This document shows, piece after piece, positions 36,373-45,613 of a DNA stretch of 64,000 bases; the first letter of the stretch is position 1, and each line of letters starts with the position of its first letter. The position numbers and the translations under genes were made by a program. The stretch is from an uncultured Kiritimatiellota bacterium (GTDB lineage: Bacteria; Verrucomicrobiota; Kiritimatiellia; RFP12; UBA1067). Below the pieces are notes generated by a model. It was not told the DNA's origin, ran no database searches, and saw only the letters and a program-made list of their open reading frames with translations. Where the stretch lies: positions 2,297 to 66,296 of the forward strand of contig CAKULV010000010.1 in NCBI GenBank assembly GCA_934667425.1. Reading direction: 5' to 3'.

Positions 36373-39300
36373 TCAGCGGATGACAACCGCCATGCCGTAC
36401 GGTCTGCAAAGGACAAGGCGTCCCCTGCGAAGCATCACGACTCGATCCGGCAAGGACTCAAGGCCTTTCACCACCGGCATTGCGGAAGGCGGATTGCCGT
36501 TGTAGTCCACGAGCGTGTACCTGTCGCCCGAAGGCAACGATGCGGCATCAACGGTGAACTCTGAAGGCAGAGTGACGCCCTCCCCGGCCTTCAGCATGCC
36601 GCCCCTGAACACCACCGTTGCGCCATCCGGGATTGCGCCGTCAACGCCTATCGTCAGCGTGCCGCCCTCTACGTTGATTGCTCCGCCGAACGTGTTATGG
36701 GCATTAAGGAATAGTTCGCCGTCTCCGCGTTTCGTCACATCCCCTGTGCCGGAACCGTTGTCCGCAAGCGTCACGTTCAATGGTATGTTCGTCGTCGGCC
36801 CGCCGCAGAACAAATATGCCGCGGCCCGCGTGTATCCCTGGCCCGGCGATGTCACCGTCACGCCGGTGATTTGTTCACCAATCGAATCGAATTCCGCCAT
36901 TGCGACAGCGCCCACGCCATCGCCCTCTATGACGACGGACGGCGCCGCCACATATCCACTGCGCGGAGCTGACGGCAATTCAATTGAAGCGATGCCGCCG
37001 CCGACGGGCCTCCTTAGCGGCGTCGATATCGTGCTCGACACCCCGGATGGGACGTCAAACACGGCGCCCCCGGAATATACGGTCGCCTCCACCGCCTCGT
37101 TGCCGGCTCCAAGCAGCTCGCCGGCGGAGATGGCGGAGATTCCGCCGCCATTGAACGAGACCGACGCCGTCGTCGTCTCGTGGATTTCGTAATGCTTCCA
37201 CATCGAGGTCTTTTCCGCCTTCTTCACATATGGAGTATGCAGCATTGCGCCGCCAGTGAACGCTACCGTCCCTGTGGAGCAGGCCGTGTCGCACATCACC
37301 AATCCGTTGGAGAACACCGGCGTCACGCCGCACTCAAAGCTTATCCGTGCCGTTCCGTTGGACAGGTCCGCTACCGAACCGCGCGAGCGCGACGAATATA
37401 CGGTCTGGTCAACCGTAAACCGCCCGCCGACAAGACGCATGTCCGCCACGCCGTGATAGCCGATCATCAGCGCCTCCAGATCTACGTCGCCGCCCTTTTG
37501 CATGAAATGCGCGCGAGCGCTGGTGTTCGCAGTGCTGCCCATCTGGAATGACGAGTCCCCCCTGCATTTCACGGTGCCGCCGCGCACCTCCATGTACGCG
37601 AGAGAATCTCGCGCCTCGCCAAAGCGTATGCAATGCTTCGGATTGGATCTTACTATGCTCGACAGCTCCCCTCCTCTCATGATGAAGCTCGCGATCTGAC
37701 CGGCCCCGCTATCTTCCGTGAGTGCCATCCACAGTCCGTTGGAGATGGCCCCGCTAGGCAAGAGCGTAAGCACTCCGCTGCTGTTCTTCGTCAATCCGCC
37801 TACATAGAAAGGCCTTATGTCCGTGTCCGGCAAGTCATCTGCGTCAACCACCGTTCCTGCGCCAACAGTTATGTGCGCAGGGTATTGGAATGCTCCCATG
37901 GGACTCGCGATCTGCGTGTATGACCCGCAAAGCCTTACGCGCCCAAGATTCAGGAACTCTACGCCTACGTTGGAGAAATATGTCACGCCAAGCGTCACGG
38001 AATTCTCCGCAGGATCCTTTGCCGAATATACGATCTCGGGCCGCTCCCCCACCGAATAGTCTGAGCGGAATCCCCGGAATTGCGTGCCGGCCGACGGATA
38101 TCCGCCGCGTATGACGGCGCGACCGCCGCCAAGCGTAAGGAACGACATCGACGAGAAGTCGTTGAAGATTCCGCCGGCCGGCGTCTTGTCGTTGAAATTG
38201 CAGTCTATCGCGAATTCATCGCCCTCATCGACGTATGTGCCTATGCCCCAGTTGCGATCGGCTTCCCCATCGTAGCGGAACATCTTGATGAGAGCCCATA
38301 ACTCTTCACCAGTCCAGCCGTTGCGGGTTTCGGTTTTCGACGCAAAGCATATCGCCTTGCGCTCACCGAGATTTGCGACCTTCAGCCGGCTGACATCCCC
38401 TCCTGGCACAGAATCCTTGTCCATCATCAGCAGCAGCCCGGTTATCAGCTCCGTTATGCCGTCGTAGGTGGCCGGCCCGGAAAGGCAGACCACGCCGTTG
38501 ACGTTGTTTCCGGCGGCGACCACCTTGCCGGATCCGGCGATGCCGCCGCTTACGGAAAGCGTGCAGTTTTTCGCCGCGCCCAGGCGCAGGACATTCAGGA
38601 AGCTGACGGGGCCGCGCCACTCGGCACTTTCGGCGACCGCGACAAGGGCGTCATAGACGCCGGTCGAATCCTGCACCCCGAGCGGGCAATCGTAGACGGT
38701 CTGCCCGTCGGGTGGATTGCTGCCGTAGATGAACAGCTGGGCGTCATTCGTCAGCTCCACGGACACCTCGGCCCCATCCGCAAGCGGCATTGGACGCAGG
38801 TAGTTGGGCCTGTTCACGCCGCCGCCCGCAAACACAAGCGTTCCTGAGCTGACGAGCCGATCCGCCGTCGCGCCGTTGGCCTCGAAGGAAAACCCGTTCG
38901 AGACCGTCAGCGCATGGCCATTGAGGTCGATCGTCCCACCGCCCGCGCAATATGCGTTCTGCGCGCCGCGGGCAATCAGCGCATCGTCCGAAAGGCGGAT
39001 GTTCCACGAGCACGGATAGAACGCCTTGTACACGTCGTCTGACCGGTAGCCAAGCAGCAGTGCGCCCTGCCCATCCACGCCGCTGCCGGCTATGTCTATC
39101 CTCGTTCCGCCGAAGTAGCCGTTGTGGTCAATGTGCATGTACACGTCAGTCCTGACGGTCGCGCCGACCTCGACGACCACCCGTGCGGCGCCCGCCTTGC
39201 CAAGCGGCGTGTTCCCCGCCTTGTCGCCCTTGTATGCGATCTCCCATATGCCTTCGGAAACGCGAAGCGTCCCGGTGAAAGACCCGATCGTTTCGTTGCC

Positions 39301-39498
39301 GGCATCCGTCACCCTGAGCTTGCCGCAGCCGACCTTCTTGATTTCCGTGTAGTTTCCGGATTTTATCGCCTCCACCTGCTCGGCCGTGAAGTCCGTCTGG
39401 TCGCCTTGGACGTCAAGCGTGTACACCCGGACATCATCAGCCAACGCAAGGAAACCGCTTGCGACTATGGCGAGACTCACATTTTTTCTTGCGAACAT
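36373..39498 (-). CDS. giant secreted beta-helix protein with autotransporter-associated beta-strand (PATR)-type repeats
   Basis: Start is ATG 39498 after GGAGGT (MFARKNVSLAIVASGFLALA). G/T/V-rich repeats are present, e.g. VTKRGDGELFLNAHNTFGGAINVEGGTLTIG. Ends ..PYGMAVVIR with no barrel or TM anchor. Confidence 0.7.
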   Translation of the reverse strand: MFARKNVSLAIVASGFLALADDVRVYTLDVQGDQTDFTAEQVEAIKSGNYTEIKKVGCGKLRVTDAGNETIGSFTGTLRVSEGIWEIAYKGDKAGNTPLGKAGAARVVVEVGATVRTDVYMHIDHNGYFGGTRIDIAGSGVDGQGALLLGYRSDDVYKAFYPCSWNIRLSDDALIARGAQNAYCAGGGTIDLNGHALTVSNGFSFEANGATADRLVSSGTLVFAGGGVNRPNYLRPMPLADGAEVSVELTNDAQLFIYGSNPPDGQTVYDCPLGVQDSTGVYDALVAVAESAEWRGPVSFLNVLRLGAAKNCTLSVSGGIAGSGKVVAAGNNVNGVVCLSGPATYDGITELITGLLLMMDKDSVPGGDVSRLKVANLGERKAICFASKTETRNGWTGEELWALIKMFRYDGEADRNWGIGTYVDEGDEFAIDCNFNDKTPAGGIFNDFSSMSFLTLGGGRAVIRGGYPSAGTQFRGFRSDYSVGERPEIVYSAKDPAENSVTLGVTYFSNVGVEFLNLGRVRLCGSYTQIASPMGAFQYPAHITVGAGTVVDADDLPDTDIRPFYVGGLTKNSSGVLTLLPSGAISNGLWMALTEDSGAGQIASFIMRGGELSSIVRSNPKHCIRFGEARDSLAYMEVRGGTVKCRGDSSFQMGSTANTSARAHFMQKGGDVDLEALMIGYHGVADMRLVGGRFTVDQTVYSSRSRGSVADLSNGTARISFECGVTPVFSNGLVMCDTACSTGTVAFTGGAMLHTPYVKKAEKTSMWKHYEIHETTTASVSFNGGGISAISAGELLGAGNEAVEATVYSGGAVFDVPSGVSSTISTPLRRPVGGGIASIELPSAPRSGYVAAPSVVIEGDGVGAVAMAEFDSIGEQITGVTVTSPGQGYTRAAAYLFCGGPTTNIPLNVTLADNGSGTGDVTKRGDGELFLNAHNTFGGAINVEGGTLTIGVDGAIPDGATVVFRGGMLKAGEGVTLPSEFTVDAASLPSGDRYTLVDYNGNPPSAMPVVKGLESLPDRVVMLRRGRLVLCRPYGMAVVIR

Positions 39499-39632
39499 GC
39501 TTACCTCCAATTTGATGTGAACTGGTTATGCAGTTGATGTGGTTTTCCCGACAACGGAACATGACGACATTTTATCCAAACATTTTAGACTGTAACAAAT
39601 GATGTAAAGCTAATCTTTAAAGCCATCTGATA

Positions 39633-40775
39633 TCAAATTTTCAAGTATATCTTATGTTTGTGTAGCAGGTAAAGGAATGTCCAGCAGATCGCGATGTATC
39701 CAACGTTCACAACGACGCTTGACCAGCCAGACGGCACCAGAGAACCCACCCACCCGAACAGGAACGAACTTGCCGAACGGAAACCGATGACACGCTGAAC
39801 GAGATAGATCGTAAGCGCATTTAATCCGATGACGCGGAAGAAGAGCGTTCGACGCCACCACCCCTTCACATCAATGAGGAAATAGCAGGCCGTGAAGAGC
39901 GCAAGCGAACAGGCCGCCGCGACAAGCGTGAACGATGTAGACCATAGTATCTTGTTGAGAGGCACAGACCACGAGCCGCAACCATAGGCGGCAAACAGAC
40001 CGACCGCGGACATGCCGAGTGCCGCAGCAGCCATCGTCGCCGACTTGCGTTCGCCCGAAGCCGACGAATTCCGTACGTATTCGCCAGTGAAGATGCCGAA
40101 AAGCGCCGTTGAAATCGCCGGGATGGTTGAAAGAACACCTTGGTACGTGATGACTCCTGGAACGGTCAATTTGCCGGGCAGTAGCATCCTGTCGATCCAC
40201 CCGGAAAAACAGCCCTCCATCGACAGCGGCGATGCGCCAGGACGATCCGGCGCCGACAGGAATACGCAGACGGCCCAGTAGCCTGTGAGAATCAATATGG
40301 CAACCATCAGTCGCATCCGCACACCACAAAAGACCGTCAGCAGCGCAGCCGCACCCCAGGCTATGCCAATGCGAGCCAGCACCGATCCCCAGACGACATT
40401 CATCAGGCCATCCTTCAGAGCCCCATTGTACACGAAGCCGAGCAGAGAAAGCACAATGGCGCGCCTGAAAATTTTCACGACAATAGCCGAAGTTCCCAAC
40501 CCGCGTTCACGTTGCTTCGCGAGCGAGAACGGAAAGGATATCCCAGCAATGAAGATGAATGTCGGAAAGACCAAGTCTATGAAATGGAATCCATGCCAGT
40601 CCGGATGCTCCATTTGGCGGGCGATCGCCGTCTCGGCTCCATATCCGAATGCGCCGCAAAGCGAGACGACAAGTGACGAAAGCCCCATGATCCAGAGCAT
40701 GTCAAATCCACGAGCGACATCGAGTGAAGCCAGCCTTGCGCCATTTCCCTGTGAGTTCATGTCCATTTCAGCCAT
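39633..40775 (-). CDS. polytopic membrane acyltransferase-like protein (DUF1624/DUF5009, HGSNAT-like)
   Basis: N-terminal RLASLDVARGFDMLWIMG is followed by about 10 hydrophobic segments. Confidence 0.7.
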   Translation of the reverse strand: MAEMDMNSQGNGARLASLDVARGFDMLWIMGLSSLVVSLCGAFGYGAETAIARQMEHPDWHGFHFIDLVFPTFIFIAGISFPFSLAKQRERGLGTSAIVVKIFRRAIVLSLLGFVYNGALKDGLMNVVWGSVLARIGIAWGAAALLTVFCGVRMRLMVAILILTGYWAVCVFLSAPDRPGASPLSMEGCFSGWIDRMLLPGKLTVPGVITYQGVLSTIPAISTALFGIFTGEYVRNSSASGERKSATMAAAALGMSAVGLFAAYGCGSWSVPLNKILWSTSFTLVAAACSLALFTACYFLIDVKGWWRRTLFFRVIGLNALTIYLVQRVIGFRSASSFLFGWVGSLVPSGWSSVVVNVGYIAICWTFLYLLHKHKIYLKI

Positions 40776-40787
40776 TCTCCTTTTACC

Positions 40788-41576
40788 CTATCGGCGAGAC
40801 GGCAGGTCGTCCAGCACACCGCACCCGTTCTTGATGGATCCCTCGTAAACGGCGAATGCCTCTGCCATCCATAATCCAACGCGACGTCCACGGAAAATAT
40901 CGTCCGCTGTCTTGCGGGCGATTATGTCGGGTGCATTCTGACAGACGTAGCACGCCATCAGCCTTTTCTTCGTCTCGCGCACAGACTCTACGTTCACATA
41001 GTGGGTGGGACGGAACGAACGAGTTTGGTTGGTTTGCTCGAAAAAGTATATCTCTGGACTCTGATTAGACAGGTAGAGCGCATGCATCGCCGATGCCGAT
41101 GACATCATGTGGTCTGGATTGATGTCGCACGGCCAGTGCAGGAACACGGCTCGCGGTTTCCACTGCTCGAACAGAGATACAAGCTCCCTTGTCGCCTTCT
41201 CGTAAGCCGCCAAGTCTTGTCCCCTATAGTTGACGCAACTAAGGAAGATTGGCTCGGTGTTTAGGAACTTGCAGGCTGCGCGTTCTTCCGCAACGCGTAG
41301 CCTTCCCGTAGAGCCGTCACGATAGCCCTTCTCGTCTATTCCATTCTCGCCACGAGTGTAGTCAACGACCTTTACGTCGTATTTCTGCGAAAGCAGGAGT
41401 GCCGTCCCAGATGGTTGCGCAAGATCGTCTGGATGCGCCACCACGAACACGACCTTCTCCCGTTCCGCCGCAAACGTCAACATAGACACAAACAGGCACA
41501 TGCCTAATGCGGCAAGTCTGCGGAACGGATTCTTCCCCGCACACGTCTTTCCCGTAAAAGCTACATTCGTCATCAT
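40788..41576 (-). CDS. PIG-L/LmbE-family N-acetylglucosaminyl deacetylase (secreted or anchored)
   Basis: VVFVVAHPDDLAQ (AHPDD zinc motif) is present, along with a later HMMSS/H-x-D-H region. The N-terminus carries a hydrophobic leader. Confidence 0.75.
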   Translation of the reverse strand: MMTNVAFTGKTCAGKNPFRRLAALGMCLFVSMLTFAAEREKVVFVVAHPDDLAQPSGTALLLSQKYDVKVVDYTRGENGIDEKGYRDGSTGRLRVAEERAACKFLNTEPIFLSCVNYRGQDLAAYEKATRELVSLFEQWKPRAVFLHWPCDINPDHMMSSASAMHALYLSNQSPEIYFFEQTNQTRSFRPTHYVNVESVRETKKRLMACYVCQNAPDIIARKTADDIFRGRRVGLWMAEAFAVYEGSIKNGCGVLDDLPSRR

Positions 41577-41704
41577 TTGGAGTCCTTATCTACGCAGCTC
41601 CAAGCTACCCACTACCATTGCCTATAACTTCTTCAAACGTGACTCATAGTATCACAATCCGATTTCCGAATCAACATCAATATTCAGTTATTTGCAATAA
41701 ATTG

Positions 41705-41717
41705 CCCCCCCCCCCCC
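41705..41717. repeat. homopolymeric C13 (G13 on the coding strand) tract in the intergenic region upstream of the PIG-L gene
   Basis: Counted directly: attg + 13 C + gttttt. It is flanked by the 7-bp inverted repeat AATTGCC / GGCAATT. Confidence 0.95.
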
Positions 41718-41792
41718 GTTTTTGGCAATTTTCAAGCCAACGTCAATGCGATTCAGGATGTGTATCGACATGTTCCCGGAGGACGAAGTAAA

Positions 41793-42737
41793 TCAGAAGC
41801 CCGGGAGGTCGAGCTGGCCGGCAACAGTCACCTTCCGCCCGTTGTCGAGCGAGGCATCGGATGTGTCGTAAACGACGAACTTGAAGCCCCGGAAGCGTTT
41901 CACGAGCTCTTCCTTTATGTAGTCCGACACGGCCTTCACGTTTCTGGCATCATCGTCGGAGAATCCTACGGCCACAGGCCTCCCAAGCCCGCCCGTACGC
42001 TTCAGCACATGGAAGACATGCTCCACAAAGTCCCTGATTGCGAATTCCTTGGCGAGTTCCGGACGTTCGGCGGACGATGCCTCCGCATACTTTCCGCCGA
42101 AGTCGCAATCCGACGCCAGTTGCTTCGAGAAGCATGGGTTCGTGACGGCATGGTATCGGCACATGGAGAGGTAGTAGTCCAGCTCCTCCTCGTCGCTGCC
42201 GAAATCGCTCTTCTTGTCCAGCCACCAGCGATAGCCGCGAAGCGAACGCATCATGGACACGCGTTCATCATCGGTCAGGACTTCATCGATGAAAATCTTC
42301 ACGGCCTCGCGCAAGGTCTCCGGCGCATGTCCCCTCGCCGTCACGATGGCGAAGATGCGCCCTTCCCGCAATGTCTTGCGCAGCGTCTCGAAGCTGGGGC
42401 CGGGCTTTTCGCCGTCCCTGATGCGCCGGAGCGCCGCTTTCGTGTCGCGTATGAAGGATACGTCCCCGGATTCGGTGTCCACAACGTCGCTGAATTCCCT
42501 GAAAGCCTCCGCGTGCCCGCCCGGCGGCAGCCTGTAGCGGGAGTCCGTGCGCACTATGGAAAACACGCTCGTGGAAACCTCGACAGGACGCCAGCGCCCG
42601 TCATCGCCGCGCTCTTCGAGGTGTATCTTCGTGGGCATGTGCAGGATGTTGTCATCCCAGTCGAATATGTAGTACTTGAAGTCGCGCGTCGCGACATCGT
42701 AGTTGACGTCAGACCGGTATGTTTCAGTCTCCAGCAT
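41793..42737 (-). CDS. hypothetical protein, possibly HAD-superfamily hydrolase-like
   Basis: YYIFDWDDNILHMPTKI resembles a HAD motif I (DxD). The family call is weak. Confidence 0.45.
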   Translation of the reverse strand: MLETETYRSDVNYDVATRDFKYYIFDWDDNILHMPTKIHLEERGDDGRWRPVEVSTSVFSIVRTDSRYRLPPGGHAEAFREFSDVVDTESGDVSFIRDTKAALRRIRDGEKPGPSFETLRKTLREGRIFAIVTARGHAPETLREAVKIFIDEVLTDDERVSMMRSLRGYRWWLDKKSDFGSDEEELDYYLSMCRYHAVTNPCFSKQLASDCDFGGKYAEASSAERPELAKEFAIRDFVEHVFHVLKRTGGLGRPVAVGFSDDDARNVKAVSDYIKEELVKRFRGFKFVVYDTSDASLDNGRKVTVAGQLDLPGF

Positions 42738-42740
42738 GGG

Positions 42741-44273
42741 CTACCTCACCGTGACAGTTTCCACCATCACTCCGGGGGAATCGACAAGCGGACGCCAGTT
42801 CCCGTCGGTGAGCCACCTTGCGGTGCCGTCCGGACGGATCACGCCGCTGACGCCTGAATTCCCTACGCGCACTATCGGAAGGCCAGTCTCTATCGCCCTG
42901 AGCACGGCCTGTGACGCATGCGCCTCCGCCTCTGCGCTGTTGGAGAACCAGCTGTCGTTCGTTATCAGCACGATCATGTCGGCCCCCATGCGCTTCGCGG
43001 CCGCCGCAAGCCTCGGATCGGTATCCTCGTAGCATATGAGCGGAGCGATCCTTATCTTGCGGCCCTCGTGCGTGATGAACTCGAACAGCCTGGGTTCACC
43101 CGCATGGAGGGATACGCCTATGGGCGAAAGGCGCTGGAGCGCCGGCACCCACTTGTCGAACGGTATGTATTCGCCAAAAGGAACAAGATGCTGCTTGTGG
43201 TACACCTGTGTAGAGGCCGATCCTGCGGTGGCATCCGCAGAATAGAGCGCCGCCGCATTGTACGTGCGGTTCGAGACAACATCGTCGCCGCCTGCGATCA
43301 GGGCCTTCGCCCCGGAACGGAGCATGAACTCGCGGGCGACATCCTGCGCCCGGAACGAACGCACCTGCCCGAACTCGGCCATCGCGGACTCCGCGAAGAC
43401 CACGATGTCGGGCTTGGCGGCGGCTGCCACATCGACAAGCCCGGCGAACGCCTCATAGGGGTCCTCTCGTCCGCCAGACCTGAATACGCAAGGGGCATTC
43501 CTCTGTACGAGGGCGACCCGCACATTGACTGAATCGGAATTGGCTTGCATGGAGTCGGCGACGATCCTGCCGCCTACGCATTGGCAGACGAGGATCGCGA
43601 GCAGCGGAAGCCCCGTCTCGCCCATCTGCGCAAGCCTTTGCCGCACACGCGAGACGCCGCCAGCCGCAACGCCGTCCCCGAAAAGCGGGGCGGCGATGCG
43701 GATCAGCAATGTCGCAAACACGCCATTCAGCAGAACCACAAGCGACGACACGAGATATACGCCGCCAAAACGCGCCGGCGCCGCAAATGACGGCATCGAC
43801 GCAAATGCCGTGCCGAGGAAGTTCCATGCGAATCCCGTGAACAGCGTTGCGCGAAGGTATTCGCACCCGGCCCACAAAACGGCTTCAGCAAAGATGCACG
43901 GCAATGACGGCACGCCGTGGCGCCGCCCTCTTGACCACACCAGCGACGCGAGATAGCCAAACAGCCCAAAGTATGCGGCGCATGCGGCGGAAAGCACGAA
44001 CCATCCGAGGACCACGAGCGGCCAAGGCCCGTTGTTCTTTATTATCGCGGGCATCCACGACAGCGAAAGCACCCAATACGCAAGACCGAACAGGAAGCAC
44101 ACTGTCGCGCTCCGCAGGGGGGACGACAGCCTCACCGCCGCAAGGATGGGGACAAGCGCGACAAGTATCGCAAACACCTCGGAATGAGGAGGATATGCCG
44201 CCCAGAGCAAAAGGGCCGACACCGCTGCGGCTAATCCGCACAGAACGTTCTTCCTGCCCAAAGCGAATCCCAC
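42741..44273 (-). CDS. lnt: apolipoprotein N-acyltransferase
   Basis: Multiple N-terminal TM segments are followed by a CN-hydrolase domain (VALVQRN.., FAESAM, PLICYED). The GTG start lies 2 nt after the tyrS stop. Confidence 0.9.
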   Translation of the reverse strand: MGFALGRKNVLCGLAAAVSALLLWAAYPPHSEVFAILVALVPILAAVRLSSPLRSATVCFLFGLAYWVLSLSWMPAIIKNNGPWPLVVLGWFVLSAACAAYFGLFGYLASLVWSRGRRHGVPSLPCIFAEAVLWAGCEYLRATLFTGFAWNFLGTAFASMPSFAAPARFGGVYLVSSLVVLLNGVFATLLIRIAAPLFGDGVAAGGVSRVRQRLAQMGETGLPLLAILVCQCVGGRIVADSMQANSDSVNVRVALVQRNAPCVFRSGGREDPYEAFAGLVDVAAAAKPDIVVFAESAMAEFGQVRSFRAQDVAREFMLRSGAKALIAGGDDVVSNRTYNAAALYSADATAGSASTQVYHKQHLVPFGEYIPFDKWVPALQRLSPIGVSLHAGEPRLFEFITHEGRKIRIAPLICYEDTDPRLAAAAKRMGADMIVLITNDSWFSNSAEAEAHASQAVLRAIETGLPIVRVGNSGVSGVIRPDGTARWLTDGNWRPLVDSPGVMVETVTVR

Positions 44274-44275
44274 CC

Positions 44276-45538
44276 CTACGAAACCCTCAGGAGAAAATGG
44301 TTCTTCTTTCCACTGCGGAGGACGGCAACCCTACCTTCCACCAGATCGCCGTCGGAGAAGGCGCGCTTGTCGTCAACCTTCGAGCCGTTAAGCGCCAATC
44401 CGCCCTGGGAGGCCATGCGACGCGCCTCCCCGTTCGACTTGAACATCCCCGCCTGCGACGCCACCATGAACACCGGCTTGCCGAGGACTTCGCCTTTGGG
44501 AAGGGTTGCGGACTTCACATCCTTGAATATCGTCTCAAGTTCGGCGGCGCCTTTCCCTTCTACCGATCCGCCAAAGAGAGTGCGCGTGGCATCCTGCGCG
44601 ACCTTCAGTCCCGACTCGTCGTGGACCAGCGCCGTCAGCTCTTCCGCCAAGGCCCTTTGCGGGATCCGCGCCTCTGGATTCGCCTTCATCTGCGCCTCAA
44701 GCGACGCAATCTCATCCAATGATTTCAGCGAGAACACCTTCAGGTAGCGTATCACATCCTCATCCGCAGAACGGAGGAAGTACTGGTACCAGTCGTATAC
44801 CGATGTCATGGACGCATCCATGAACAGGGCATTGCCCTCGGATTTGCCGAACTTCTTGCCGCTCGCGTCAAGGAGAAGCGGAAACGTGAGGCCGTATGCC
44901 GTCTTGCCGCGCATCCGGCGGACGAGGTCGGTGCCTGCCGTGATGTTGCCCCACTGGTCAGCCCCGCCGACCTCGACAGTGCATCCGTACTTGTCGAACA
45001 GGTGCAGGAAGTCGTTCCCCTGAAGTATCTGGTACGAGAATTCCGTGAACGTGAGAGCCCCTTCCGATGCCTCGAGGCGCTTCTTGACCGACTCCTTCGC
45101 GAGCATCTGCGGAACGCGGAAGTTCACCGCCACGTCGCGCAGGAACGCTATGGCGGAAAGCCCCGAATACCATTCGTAGTTGTCGACCATCACCGCAGCG
45201 TTCGGGCCGTCGAAGTCAAGTATGCGGGAAAGGTTCTCCCTTATGCCCCTCTTGTTCTCCTCGACCTTCTCAAGCGTAAGCATATTGCGTTCCGCGCTCT
45301 TCCCCGAAGGGTCTCCAATCAACCCGGTAGCGCCGCCGACCAAGGCTATCACCTTGTGCCCGGCGAGCTGAAGCCTGCGCAGCATCATGATGGAGACGAG
45401 GTTCCCGGCCTGGAGCGAGGCTGCGGACGGATCGAAGCCGCAGTAGACCGTTTGCGGAGTGTTGAGAAGATCTGCTATCTTGGGATCGGTGGCGGTCTCC
45501 ACGAGACCGCGGGCTTCAAGTTCTTCAAAGAGGGTCAT
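44276..45538 (-). CDS. tyrS: tyrosine--tRNA ligase
   Basis: YCGFDPSAASLQAGNL (HIGH region), GGATGLIGDPSGK, KFGKS (KMSKS) and a C-terminal S4 domain are present. Confidence 0.95.
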   Translation of the reverse strand: MTLFEELEARGLVETATDPKIADLLNTPQTVYCGFDPSAASLQAGNLVSIMMLRRLQLAGHKVIALVGGATGLIGDPSGKSAERNMLTLEKVEENKRGIRENLSRILDFDGPNAAVMVDNYEWYSGLSAIAFLRDVAVNFRVPQMLAKESVKKRLEASEGALTFTEFSYQILQGNDFLHLFDKYGCTVEVGGADQWGNITAGTDLVRRMRGKTAYGLTFPLLLDASGKKFGKSEGNALFMDASMTSVYDWYQYFLRSADEDVIRYLKVFSLKSLDEIASLEAQMKANPEARIPQRALAEELTALVHDESGLKVAQDATRTLFGGSVEGKGAAELETIFKDVKSATLPKGEVLGKPVFMVASQAGMFKSNGEARRMASQGGLALNGSKVDDKRAFSDGDLVEGRVAVLRSGKKNHFLLRVS

Positions 45539-45588
45539 GCTTTACCTTGTGTATTTCTGCTTTTTAGATGCCTAAGCGCGACGGGTTC

Positions 45589-45611
45589 GGCGCAACACGC
45601 TATCCTGCGCC
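45589..45611 (-). terminator. GC-rich hairpin just after the kduI stop (weak terminator candidate)
   Basis: Stem GGCGCA / TGCGCC with an 11-nt loop. No U-tract follows. Confidence 0.25.
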
Positions 45612-45613
45612 GT

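Noticed and set aside
41577-41607. Hairpin TTGGAG..(15 nt)..CTCCAA abutting the PIG-L start codon, as a translational control element.
   Set aside because: It has only a 6-bp stem. The AAGGA SD sits in the loop and would remain accessible, and I have no comparative support.
45539-45613. T-box leader upstream of tyrS.
   Set aside because: The gap is only 75 nt, far shorter than a T-box (about 200-300 nt). There is no specifier loop or T-box sequence, and this regulation is typical of Firmicutes, not this lineage.
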